Source: Aplysia californica (taxonomy: Eukaryota). From it: a stretch of 64,000 nt of DNA. Below the pieces are notes generated by a model that was given only the letters and a program-made list of their open reading frames with translations, had not been told where the DNA came from and made no database searches. Location of the stretch: positions 176,727 to 240,726 of the forward strand of contig NW_004797705.1 of the NCBI RefSeq assembly GCF_000002075.1, given 5' to 3'. Below, one piece after another: positions 24,194-36,877 of the stretch. The stretch's first letter is position 1; each line of letters opens with the position of its first letter. The translations under genes and the position numbers were made by a program.

Positions 24194-26603
24194 CGCGACC
24201 TTACAAAGAAAAAGAACTTACAGTATGAATTCTGGGATTCAAAGTTCAAAGTGTACATAGTATAGTACAATTACAATGGGCCAGAACGGGAGCTCTGGAC
24301 AAAGTTGACATTTTTTTCATTTATTTAATATCTAAATTAAAGGGATTCTAATATAGATCTAATCATAGGCTAAAAGAAAAAACAGACGTGGCAGACAATT
24401 TAGAAAAATAAAAACTCACAGCGCTGACATGTTTTTTCAGTAATCTCCCTAAAGATCAGTCACTTAAACCTGTGCCCACCATTTGGAGTATACTTGCCAC
24501 AAAATCCTCAATTAAAACCATTATCAAGCACAAAGTTGGCCACAAATAAATCACAACAGAATTCTCATTCAGACCCCTCGTCATCATAATTTTCGTCTAG
24601 ACAACTGGAAATCAAGCAACTCCTTATCTTTTTCCAAACCAATAAATAAAAGTTTGCAAAATTGAACTCACTCAATTATATAGCTGAGTGAGAAATCCTT
24701 CCATGATACAAACTAAAATTTAGGAATAACTTAAAAAGAATAGACATCTCACCCAAAGCCTGAGAACAAGTCATCTGTTTCAGTTACAGTCATACTACAT
24801 TGTACTTAACAGAATCACTGTACAAAGTTTCTTGTAAAATTGGCATACAACAGAAACCCTTGAATTTTGTTTCCTTTTCTATCCTAAACAAATATCCTCT
24901 TAAAAGTTAAAAAACCTAATAGTGCTGATAGGGACATTAAACTTAAACCATTTCACCACCTAAACAGAGACTCTTAAGGACGCAAATTACCATAACTGAA
25001 ACTGGCATCATAATATAAAGCTACCTGTAGTTCATGTTTATATGCATGTCTGAGTAATGATCTAAAATATTGTTCGTCGAGTTCTAAACAGTACAACATT
25101 TGGCAAATTTTTAAAAACCTGGATTAATATTCTTTTCTTTCAAATGAGCCAGACACGATTTTTATAATTGTCTGAATACATTTTATTTACAAAGTCACAA
25201 ATTTACACACATACACTTCCATTTAATATTCATTATTGTCCAGTAATCACACAGCATACATATTGCACAAAGAGTGTTCATTTCAAGCAAAGCAAATTCT
25301 TCTCTAGTAAACTTGGATAACGAACAAGTCCTGCTAAAATAGGAAGTGAAATTCCAGCCAAAAACTTTCAGAGCATCATTACGTAAGTGTAAGAAAAGGC
25401 TGCTCTGCTCGTCAGTAGATCATATTACCCATGTGTGGAATCAGTAAAATTGGAAATATGAAGTCATCCAAATGTCTTAGAAATGTTGCGTCACTGTGTA
25501 GTCTGAGTAAATATATATACAAACAATAAACTCTGAGATGGCCATTTTGTATTATATAGTATTTCCCTGAAATACATTTCCATATATATGAATATGAGAA
25601 ACAGAGCACTTAAACAGCAAACACATAATTACTATTAAAAAATTACACTCTGTAGTTTCTCTCCAGAATTTATACCACAATGGATTAACCTTCACTGTCA
25701 CAAATAAAAAGCAAATTATTTTCTAAATAAGTTCATTTTAAATTTACAGACAACTAAATGTTCATGCTCTCTCTCACAATTTCCATGCAGAATGCATAGC
25801 AAATCAATAGAGATGGATTTCATCTATTTAGAAATTCTGTAGGACCAAGTGAAAATAAATTTAATTTATGCCGATACCCGAGATCCACATGTGGCAAAGT
25901 GGATGTGATTCTGAATATATAGAGGTTGTGCATTCATTTCCTCTTCATAATCAGGACACACAATCTTTGGGACAGACAATCTTTCACATTAATTTTTTTT
26001 TAAAGAGAAGAGCCTCTTTGGATAATACAGTAAACATCAACTTCTGACAAAAGACAACATGAGCAGTGGCAAGTGAAAACTGCAACAGCATGATTACTGC
26101 CTGGCCAAAAAATAGTGTGACAAAGACAGTGAACCTGGTAGAATTGGAACTAAAGAGTAAATTTTGATAGCTTTGCCATATTTTTTTCTTCACTTTTTTT
26201 TAAAGTGCTTGTTCTGTACAGAAAAAACAAGTGGAAGGAAGAGTTAACATTACATTTACAATGGAGGTAAGCTTTGACTGTACCAACATCGACGGTGCAT
26301 TTTATCTGGGTGTGAATTCAGTCTCACAGGAGCAACGCAGAGTCAAGCTGTCTCAAAATAGTATTTTGAAAATATTTCATCAGCTCTGTACCACTCAATC
26401 ATTTGTGAGGTACTAGGGACCTCCTATCCACTGGGAAAAAAATCCTTGAGCACACCACATCAAACCAATAACAGGACAAGCACTACTGCCATTTTCAGAT
26501 CAGCTAAAGAATGCATCGAACAACAATGGAAGTCCAGGAGGTGTTTTCTCGTTAAAGAAGGCAAAAAATACTTAATTTCACACTGCTGGCAAGGTTACAA
26601 CTG

Positions 26604-29600
26604 TTAGGAACTTTGGCCAGTTTTTACAAACGGAAGATTTCTCAAGTGCTGTAAAATATCCAGTCCACTGCTCCATGGCACAACAGAGGCCTCAAGCTTT
26701 GACCTTGGCACTGGCTTATTCTTCTCTGCCATTTTCTCTATCACTTTGTGAAGCTTGAAGCCAACTCGTGGCATTAAGAAGTCCTGTGGCCTTAGGGCCA
26801 GACCTGGACATAAATCATTAAATCCATCGCCAACATAAATGACGTGATGATATGTGACACCATGCTGCTGTCTTTCAGAGATGAACTCATTCAGTATATG
26901 CCCTTTACACAAATTGACAGTACTGAGGGGACACCAGTCTTGGGTGTGGTACTGTTCTATGATCAAGCAGCCATTGTCCTCAAATCTAGCAGGGTTTGTA
27001 AATGTCCGGAACAATGAAGACAACTGATTCTTTTTGAGAATATGGTCAATGAATACAGAGTTGGAGTCAGAGATAATAATGTGTTCGAACGATGTGCTTT
27101 TCCGTGTGAAGTGTAAGAGTTCTTGAATGCCCTCTGTCAAGCTAATTTCAGACATGCAGTTCAGAATGTTTTCTGGAGTACTCCCATTTCTGTGAAGATA
27201 TCTGAGGATTGCAAAGATGATTTAGATCTAGAATCTAGTGTTTTACCAACATAACACACACTGGATAAGGGATTTGCAAAAACTTTAAATAGACCTATAT
27301 TTAGCCACAATGAACATATCAAAACTATTTTACGGAAACATTTTTGTGACCTTTCATGTCCTTTCCCAACAGCTTTGCGGGTTACAATTGACAATTACAG
27401 TTGACTTTGTTTAATATGAACCTGTTTAAAACAAAATTCCTGTTAACACAAAAGGATTTCAAATCCCCACTTTTCCCCCTCTTTGTTTTATGCATTGCAG
27501 ATTCTTAACACGATCAAAATTTCTAACAAATCTGATAAACACAATGGAATTTTGGGTTGTTTCATCGTTCCTCCCACCTAACTATCCCCCTTCCTTTTTT
27601 GCTCACAATAGACTATCCTTGTCAATAAATGTACATGTCACCCAACATGCATTCAATACGGTAAAACGTCTCATCAAATTTCTTGTACCCTATACTTATT
27701 CAGAAGGTGGTGAGAGAATGGTTTTGTTTTGCGGGACCAGGAGACGAGACATCGGGAAGCTGCCATCCCTTATCTAATCAGAACCTCTCTTTTTAGATTA
27801 TCAATTTATCTTTATTGCAGCTATGACTTATAATAAATTCAGTGTTTCATAATTTGTATTTGTTTTTAAACTGAGTGGTAGCACAGAATACCACCAAGCA
27901 AACAGCTGCAACCTCCCTTGAAACTCAATCTGTGCAGTCAAGGCATCCATCTGAGGTTGACAAAATTTTCCTTTTTTTTAACTGCAAAAGGTTGGCAGCT
28001 CTGCATGTGTAATTAAATACTAAAAATAGGTCTAGCATCTGATCAGAAAAGTAAGAAAAGAGTCATCATCATCATCATTGCCTTTCTCACCCTGGGTCAG
28101 GATATAGGCCACGAACACTCTCCACCTTTCCCTATCCTGGGCTAGTCGCTTGATGTCACTCCACGTCTTCCCACTTTTCTGTACATCCATTTCTGTGACT
28201 CTTCTCCAGGTTCCACGAGGTCTTCTCCTTGATCTTTTACCCTATGGGTTCCAATCTAACACTTTTCTTGTTATGTAGCTGCTTGACTTCCTGAGAGTGT
28301 GTCCAATCCATTGCCAACGTCTTCTTCCCACCTCATCTCTGACCGGGCTCTGTCTGGTTCTTCTTAATACTTCCTCGTTGGTGATCCTGTCTGTCCATTT
28401 GATCCCCAGCAGCCTCCTCAGACACTTGTTCAAGAAAACCTGGATCCTCTTTATGCACCTATGGGATGCGTTCCACGTCTCACATCCATACAACTAGACT
28501 GACTTCACATTTGACTTGAAAATTCTAAGCTTTGTATGTAATGAGATATCCCTGGTCCTCCAAATCCTGCTCAAAGAAATAAATGCAGCCTGTGCCTTTC
28601 CAAAGCGGGACTTTATTTCAGCGCCTGTACCTCCCTGTCTGTCAATTATACTCCCAAGATAGCAGAAGGATTCGACGTCTTCTATTGCATTTCCTTGTAC
28701 TGTGACCTGCTCCTTTCGCGGTGCATCTATCCTTAGGACTTTCGACTTTCCGGGGTGGATCCTCAATCCAACAGACTCTGATAGGCTGTTAAAAATTGTT
28801 GTCTTTGCTTGCATCTGTTCCTGATGTGTGCCAGAAGCGCCAAGTCATCTGCAAAGTCCAGATCGTCCAAATATGTCCATGGGGTCCACTGTACACCGTT
28901 TCTGTGTCCTCTGGTGATTTCCTTCATCAGCCAGTTGACTGCCAATATGAAGAGGAACGGTGATAATAAACATCCCTGTCTCACACCAGTCTTGATGTCA
29001 AAGTTGTCAGTGAGCTGGCCATCATGTACAACCCTGCAACTGGTCTCTTTGTACAAGCTCTCGATGAGAGTCACCAACTTCTGTGGGATTCCGTGGTGTC
29101 TCAGTATCTTCCATAGGGTTGCTCGGTCTATACTGTCAAAAGCCTTCTCATAGTCAAGGAAGTTAACGATCAGCTGGGAGTTCCACTCCAGGGACTGTTC
29201 CACAATAATCCCCAGCGTGGCAATCTGGTCAGTGGTTGAGCGATTTTTCCGGAAACCAGCCTGTTCATCCCGTAGTCTTGGATCCGTTGCTGTCTTGATT
29301 CTCTCCAGAATGATTCTGTTGAAGACCTTACCTGGTATTGAGAGAAGAGTGACCCCTCTGTAGTTGCTGTAGTTGCTGAGATCCCCCTTTTTGGAAGCTT
29401 CACAAGGTGTACTTCTTTCCAATCTTTTGGGAACTTGTTCTCATTCCAGATCCTGGTAAACAGTTGGAGGAGGATGACTGACGTCACATTGGCATCTGCT
29501 TTTAGGGCTTCAGGTGGAATCTGGTCAGGACCGGCTGCTTTACTTTGTTCAGCTTCTTAATGGCATCCAGAATCTCTTGTTTTGAAGGAGCATCACAGCA

Positions 29601-32095
29601 GATTGGTAACTCATTTTTTGCTGGCAGGATGTTTGGTGGGTTACTCGGTGGTGGTCTGTTCAGGAGACTGTTGAAATGCTCTACCCATCGTTTGGACTGG
29701 GCTTCCTTTCCAAGAATTGTTTTCCCCTCTTGATCCTTTACTGGTACTTCAGGTTTCCCGTATTTTCCAGGAAGTGTCCTCGTGGTCTGGTAAAGGATTC
29801 GCATGTGCCCTCCTACCGCTGCTTCCTCTGCCTTCTCCGCCAGCCTATTCATGAATTCTTCCTTGTCTTTTCTTAGTGATTTCTTGACATCTTTAGCTGT
29901 TGTCCTGTACTTCTCATATGCATCTGCTCTTGATCCTCTTGTTCTACTTGCATTCGCTTCTGCCTTCAGCTGTCTTCTTATCCTAATTAAATCCAATGAG
30001 TGTTGGCTAATCCATTTCTTGTGCTCCCATTTCTTCACACCAAGTACTTCTTGACAGGTTGATGTAAAGACTTCTTTGACCTTGTTCCAGTGTGTATCCA
30101 CCTCCCTGTCTTCCTCACCAAGATCTGCCAAGGGTTGGTGTTCTGGTTCCATGCTTTTTCAGACGAAGCTTGAGTTTTGCTAACAGCAGATGATGATCTG
30201 ATCCAACGTCTGCCCCTCTGTACTTTGACATCTTCCAGTGAACGCCTGAACCTACGAGAGATACTAAAATTATCGATCTGATTCTCTGTCCCTCCATCCA
30301 GTGATACCCAAGTAGCCTTGTGGATCCTCTTATGGGGAAAAACAGAGCCTCCGATGACAAGACTGTTGAAAGCACAGAGGTTTGCAAATCGCTCACAGTT
30401 CTCATTCATTTGTCCCAGGCCATGTTGTCCCATGATTCCCTTGTAACCTACGTTGTCCTGACCAATCTTGGCATTAGCATCTCCAATTATGATGTTGACA
30501 TCTTTCTTTGGCAGTTTGTCGATGACCCCCTGGAGCCGGCAGTAAAAAGCATCCTTGTCATCATCCGAAGCATCGTTTGTTGGGGCGTAGATCTGTACAA
30601 CGTTCATGTTGATGCTCTTACTTCTGGTAGTGAACGAAGCCATGATGATCCTCTCCCCGTGTGGTTCCCATCCTCTAAGTGACTTCTGCCCATACTTACT
30701 CAAAATAATTCTAACTCCCTCCGCATGGTGCTTGTCTTCCCTCCCAGAATATAATATTTGTTCCCCCGAGCTGAGCTGCTTCTGTCCAGACTGTATCCAG
30801 TGGGTTTCGCTGACTCCTAGTATGTGCAGCCTGTATCTTTTCATCTCTTGTGTCACTTGAGAACTCTTTCCTGCTTCATACATAGTGTGAACATTCCACG
30901 ACGCAATCCGGAGAGACTTGTTCGACAGAGAAGGTTTTGGGTCAGAAGAGTCCTTTCGGCTATGTCCGCTGTCCTTCATTGTTCCTGCTGATGCAGAAGC
31001 TCCTCCGTCTCCCAAGATGGAAAAATTATAAGGCATGTTTGTTCGTGTCTCCATAACTTTTCTTTTTTACTGGGTCAGGTAGTTGGACCTCCGCAAACTA
31101 TCATTTTTCGGGAGACCAGACCTATGCACCTTTAGTCGCCTCTTACGACACGCAGTATCACGGCAAGTGTATTCTTTACTCCCCCATAGTAAAACTATGG
31201 GGCCCCCCACCTGCGGGGGCAAAGAAAAGAGTAGCATCTCCTTTTTTTGTTCTTTTCATACAAACCTTGCTTAACACAACATATCTAGAACACAAAGAAA
31301 TTCTCTGGTGTGGAGATGTTTTAAGTTATAAAACTTTACTACTCACGTTATTCCAGTATTAATTTTTTAAAACCATGTATATAGCAACATTTAGTTCAGC
31401 CTTGACTTGTGCACATAGGCACTTGGAGAAGCCTTCAAAGTATTCACCCTGTGTGCCAGCTACACCAAACACAATGTGTTCAAACACAAGCTTTAAAGTT
31501 GCAATGATTTTTCAAAATATTAAACAAACTATAAAAGAAATCCAACAGCAAATGACAAACCTCAAACACTAGCAATTAAAACAGTCAAGCATGATCTGTC
31601 AAAATCTCACAACGTTGGTGCTTTCAAACTGTGAATCATATTTTGTGTGCGACTCATTATGGCTCCTATTTGTGACAATAATGGGTCATTATTTTTAACT
31701 GTAACATGTAAAACATTTAGTAAATAAATAAAGGTCGCATTTTTGTCTTTGAAAAAAGAATTGGAAGTCAGATGTACGTTAAATTAATGATTACATGACA
31801 CAGACTGTTTGGTGTTCCCATAAGGAATTTTCCCCCCATTTTCAAATCATCTGAAGATCTGAAATGATTGAGAATATAGAAAGAGCAAAGCATGGAACAC
31901 TTACTTGAAAATTTCACCCATATAATTCGTCCAACCATCATCTTGATACAAACTGGATATTTCTTCTGGTAGTTCCCCATTTGGTGCCAATTTTCTTACA
32001 TATAAATCACTGTTTTCATCTACAAGGGTGTGGTCGAAGTCAAATACCATCAGCACTTTCTGAGCTACAACACTGCGTTCATTTTCTTCGGCCAT
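26604..32095 (-). CDS. PHOSPHO2: Pyridoxal phosphate phosphatase PHOSPHO2-like (HAD superfamily, PHOSPHO1/2 family), 262 aa, 2 coding exons
   Basis: Exons 32095-31905 and 27201-26604 join in phase (GEIFK|YLHRNG). HAD motif I VFDFDHTLVDENSD, IISDSNSVFI, NLCKG and YVGDGFNDLCP are present. Cap loop GWTNYM resembles PHOSPHO2 more than PHOSPHO1. An acceptor at 32097 directly precedes the ATG. Confidence 0.9.
28064..31221 (-). mobile_element. Full-length but inactivated RTE-clade non-LTR retrotransposon (APE endonuclease + reverse transcriptase) in the PHOSPHO2 intron
   Basis: Fragmented ORF 31054-28242: ASWNVHTM, GVSETHW, GDANAK, NQIDN and SDHH (endonuclease); NYRGVTLLS, DYEKAFDS, GVRQGCLLSP and LDFADD (RT). 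3' (ATG)n tail; 11-bp TSD AAGAAAAGAGT at 28053-28063 and 31222-31232; several frameshifts and an internal deletion near 30135. Confidence 0.97.
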
Positions 32096-32943
32096 CCTGA
32101 CAAAAGATAAGAAAAATATATATATCTTTATTAAATGAACACATTCAATATTTTTGGGCTCACGTCAGTGACAAGAAAACTAAGGAAAAATTTGAAAGAA
32201 AACTTTTATGACTGAATGAGATTTCCAAATTTTGAAACTTCAAACACTACTCATATATGTATATATATATGTAGATGTAATAAACAATATCACAAGATAG
32301 ATATAGACCATAGAGCACCCTCAAGCAGCTCCTTTACAATAAACTCCAGCAAGTCTAGCTTTCCAACAAACCTAAGCTTCCAAAATAGCAGCAATGAGCC
32401 TTAATTTTTTATGTGGCAAACAGAACCATTGAAACTCTGAGGACGGAGGTATGGGTGACACAATCATTTTTATAAATAAATTTATAAACCTATTCTCTAG
32501 CATTTTGGAACCAGTCGTGCACAGATATCTCCAACATGTCCGAGGTTGACAAATGGGTTCGACACATCCACAATTCAAGTAAAGTGCGATAATGAATGGT
32601 ATAATTGTCGGAAAAATAAATCGCTACCATCGTGTTTGTTTGTTTGAGTAAAGAGAAGCACACCGACACAATAATGGTCATTTGGTACTGGGAAAAGTAA
32701 GACAGACAGAAACAACAGAGGGAAAATAAAGAAGTAGGACCTACCAATGGCCCTCTCTACCATCATAAAAAGTACCTGTTATCAAAAAGGATAGAAGAAG
32801 GATGGATCATTAAGGAAAATAGTGCTGCTGATCAGTGATACAAAGAAAATATAGTAGCTCAGTCAGGGAATGGCAAATTGTTCCAGCTATCCATGAATTC
32901 AAGTTCAGTGTGTTCAAGTTATCTGTGCTTGACTACAATTAAA

Positions 32944-33351
32944 ATGGAGTCCGCTTAAACAGAATATGGTTAATCTGAAAAGAGCAGTAAACCGAAAAAA
33001 AATAAATCCCCGAATTTTTTTCTGTTTGACCTTGTCAGAACAGTTGTTGTTGTTATTGATCCAGCAACAGCTGGGCTCTCACCGTCCTGTCCAATGCCAT
33101 GTAGTGCGACCTTGTCAGAAAACTATTAATTAGCTAAAATGCTCCCCTTTCTAAACCGAAAAGAGTTTCAATGGTTTTGTCGTCTCAACCCTCAGAAAAC
33201 GCAAATCACAAAGTCATAGTACACACTTCAAGATGGCAAAACAGGAGAAAGAGACATGAAAATGCATTTGTATTGAATGCAGACCAGAGGCATCGCCAGA
33301 GTGCTGTACTGTTTGCCTACGTGTATCACATACATCAGTAGGCCTACATAC

Positions 33352-33382
<31 letters not shown>

Positions 33383-33467
33383 AGTGACGCAAAGATGGAG
33401 GTATGTTGGGAGAACTTCGGTTGGTCATGCATAGACTATTGTCTGGAATAGCAGGTTACATATATAA

Positions 33468-33534
<67 letters not shown>

Positions 33535-33875
33535 CCCTTAACATGAGCACAGTGCTTTTCATGACATCATTGGCATTGATGAGCTTTCTTACTCACTCCT
33601 CTTCTCCTCTTCTCTACTTTTCCGTCTGTGTTCTGTGTGATTGTTTGGCAGAAGCAAGCCAACAATATCGATAAGAAAACATATTGAGCACAGCCTGCAG
33701 CTCAAAGACAAGAGTTACTGAAAGGGAAGATGAAAAAAACTTTCATACATGAAATTTGCCGCAAGCATGACACTCTCATCCATACATTGTCGAAAATCAT
33801 CGCAATATGTGCAACAACCTAAAAATTACTGAAAATCTGACGTTCTCTCAGATTTTGGTTTAAGTGGACTTCATG
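32944..33875. mobile_element. Tigger-like MITE with internal (TA)n
   Basis: atggagtccgcttaaacagaa vs ttttggtttaagtggacttcatg|TA. Confidence 0.6.
33041..33107 (-). mobile_element. 67-bp 5'-truncated retroposon end with (AAC)n tail
   Basis: Perfect 13-bp direct repeat GACCTTGTCAGAA at 33028-33040 and 33108-33120 flanks an insert with a gttgttgttgtt tail. Confidence 0.7.
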
Positions 33876-33877
33876 TA

Positions 33878-34676
33878 CAGTCCATGCTGGCTTTAACACT
33901 TTGCCGTCACATCTCGCCGATCAACAAGCAGGCCAAACTTCCTCTCGCGTCATAAAACGCTGATCGGTGATGTTTACCGCCCAGTTTCTTTGGATTTCCC
34001 CCAAATGCCAGTGATGGCAAGGGTTTTTACTTATGAGCCTTGTGATGGCAAAGTGTTAAGCACGGTCATAGGGAGAAAGCATAAGCATGCTTAACTCTGA
34101 GGCGTGCTTAGTGCAAAGTAGACATAATCCAGAGATTTTCATGTAGAAAATTTCCTGAGTTATTTCCCTCTGTTTGTAATTTTATTAAGTTGTGGTCGCG
34201 CAAAAGTGTGCGCTGTCCTTTTTGCCCGTCATGGTAGTTTTTGTCTGCTTGTTTGTTTTGTGGTCGAATGGGAAAGGGGCAAATATGAAATCGCAGCCAG
34301 CCCCACTTTCTCCTCTCCCCGACTCTCTTTGTATTTTTTTCGTAAGTGGGTGACTTTGCCCTGGGCAAGATCCTATGTCCATGTAGGCAGCTGTGTGCAT
34401 CTCTCTGCCTTCCTCTCCGGAAGTGAGTGCGTGTGTGTCTCCATCACTTGCGTTCTTTGTGTTTCTCTTTGCTGCAGTGTAGACTGTGTTCGAACTTCGA
34501 TGGGTCATCATGAAAGAATTGACTGTTTTGTAAATGAAGCGTGCCCAAAGCCAAAGTTACCGTACTTAAAGGCGTGTTATTTCATGTAGCAAAAATTCTG
34601 TAAGAGCCATTTAGTGTGCTTGGGTCTGAAACGTCAACGTGCTTTATGCCACCGTGTTTAAAGCTGGCACGGACTG
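33878..34676. mobile_element. TA-flanked pogo/Tigger-like MITE whose left TIR is interrupted by a piggyBac-like MITE
   Basis: TA|CAGTCCATGCTGGCTTTAA[insert]GCACGGT vs ACCGTGTTTAAAGCTGGCACGGACTG|TA. Confidence 0.8.
33897..34055. mobile_element. piggyBac-like MITE (TTAA TSD)
   Basis: TTAA|CACTTTGCCGTCACA...TGTGATGGCAAAGTG|TTAA. Confidence 0.9.
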
Positions 34677-36588
34677 TACTTTACTCCAATCTGCCAGGAT
34701 GACATGCTTCATGGCATTCGCATTTACCTCCTTTCACCAGAACAATACAAAGTGAGTTGTTTTTATTTATATTCTTATTATTTTCAGCACAAGGACTTGT
34801 CTACACTACTCCTGTGGAAGGGTTCCAGATGCTGGTTTAGTTTTTATGTTCTGATCTTTCTTGGTCAAGCTAACTAATACCTGTCGCCTCCCGCACTTGA
34901 GAGCTGGCCCGCCCGTTAGTGATTTTACTCGCCTTGCGCGCTCAGCGGAGTGAGAGAAGGAGGCGAGTTTTGTCGCCAGGAGTGCTCAGTGACAGGGGCC
35001 TTATGATGCCCGAAACGAAAAAAACGGGTGAGAATAGTAGGCTGTTGTTATTCTCACCCGGGGTGAGAATAATATCCAGTTTAAAATCCTCACTCCGTTT
35101 GCCTTTAAACTTTAACTCATTCGCTACGCCGAGCCATGGGGGGCAGCGCGGCTAAAGTTCCGTCAGTACACTAAGCCGCCCCCGGCGGCTCAACAACCGA
35201 TCTTCAATTTAAGCTTAGATTCTATTCCAATCCACAAATCCATGTGAAAATAAAGGTCAAAATATAATGTTGACTTCCGGGTCAAGCACTTCCACTGAAA
35301 ATTGGAAATTTAGATTCAGTTTTGAAACCTGATTTCGTAGTTTGTTCGACTTTGTTTTATCGCGATGCCAAAATTATAATAGCCCGGACACCAGTCTTAG
35401 TAATTTTACACAACAAAATCTATCATTATTTTGCCCACTAAAGAAATGTAGGACTCTTTTTTTATAATATTGATACGATTGGACTCACATTGCCAATGCA
35501 CTGTTATTGAGAAATCAATATTTTTGAGTGCTAGATCTAGATCTAGGTCTAGATCTAAATTGTCAAAAAAAAATTTCTCCCCAAAATCACTACTTTTTGA
35601 TGAAATTACACAAAAAGTGCCACTCAAGACATGTATAGGTTTATTCCAAATGTAATTCTAAATAATTCCATATAAGATACGAGTGGGGTTTTCTCTGTTT
35701 GTGATCGTTTTTCAAGAATATAAATTTTTTTCTCAATATAATATGTTATGATCCAAATGTACAAATATTATAGAATGAACGTAAATAACTGCAAATTTTT
35801 CAATTTTTTCCAGTTCTAGATTCTTATTAATTTATGATTATTTTGATGTATCATTTGACTAGATTTCTCTAGATCTAGAATCTAGGTGCAAACATATTTA
35901 TTGAGTTTCTTCACCAAAGATTATTAATTTTTTATTTTCAAATTTTATCCGCATCCAATCAAAATTGTGTTGCATAATCGTCTCTTACAGGAACCAAAGT
36001 TGAAAAATACATAAATAAACTAAAAACATTACAGATGTATTCTACAAACCATACTGAAAATATTGGTATATAATACGTTGATATTATTTGAATTTGTGGC
36101 CCCAAAGACTTTTTAACTGCTCGCTAGTCATCATCTCATTCGCCCTCCCGAAAAAAATTCGTCCACAAGCCGAAAATAATACGTAGCGCATGATGAGTTA
36201 ACTTCAACTTGGAAATGGAAATCCTGCCGCTTGCCACCAATGGAACACTTCTTCTGACAATATGAGACTGGTTCTCTTTCACCATTCAGCTGATTCGATG
36301 GAATCTTATTCTTTGCTTCTACTAGATATCTAGTCTAGTCTTAGTATAGATCTAGAGTGAAGACTATTACTTAACTCTTAGGATCTACTGTTACTGTCAC
36401 TGTCAGTACTGTCACGATCCCGATGCACTTGCCGTTGCCTCTACTCAACTGTTCATCAATTCAGACCATGATTATGAACCAGCCGCAATCCCCCGTCGGC
36501 TTCTCTTTTATTAGATCTCGTCTAGAATCTAATTCTTTTTGTTGTTTTTCTTTGGATGAAATACGTGGTAGACCTAGGCCCTACTCAC

Positions 36589-36877
36589 CTACTGTCAGTT
36601 TGATTACAGTTTGTTTACACTTGACGGACACTGTTCCCCCAGGCCGGCCAGGCACAGAGGCAGCAATGGTAAAATAAAAACAACTCAATGTTTACTTCAT
36701 TTTCGTTTCGCTTTTATTTGACATTCAGAATTTTATAAAGGCAAAGGAGGAAACGACGTCATTGGTTACATTCGATTGTTTGCCTGGTAACAGCTTCCTC
36801 GGGGTTCATGATGGCGAACTGAGCATTGCTTCTGCTACGATAAAATTTTGTAATATATTGTAACCTCTGAGTTCATC
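36589..36877. promoter_or_regulatory. Putative bidirectional promoter of PHOSPHO2 (-) and CFAP210 (+)
   Basis: CRE-like GACGTCA (36755-36761) overlaps ATTGG (CCAAT box, 36761-36765). RFX X-box-like GTTTGCCTGGTAAC at 36778-36791 lies ~90 bp before the CFAP210 ATG. A consensus minus-strand donor AG|GTGAGT at 36589/36588 is a candidate end of a PHOSPHO2 non-coding first exon. Confidence 0.6.

Noticed and set aside
28297-30860. Plus-strand ORFs over the RTE and minus-strand ORFs over MFSD4/CFAP210 exons
   Set aside because: Antisense shadows of real coding sequence with no recognisable motifs.
34880-36240. CpG-rich segment with GGGTGAGAATA inverted repeats as a separate gene or promoter
   Set aside because: No credible exon structure; probably further TE remnants whose ends I could not define.
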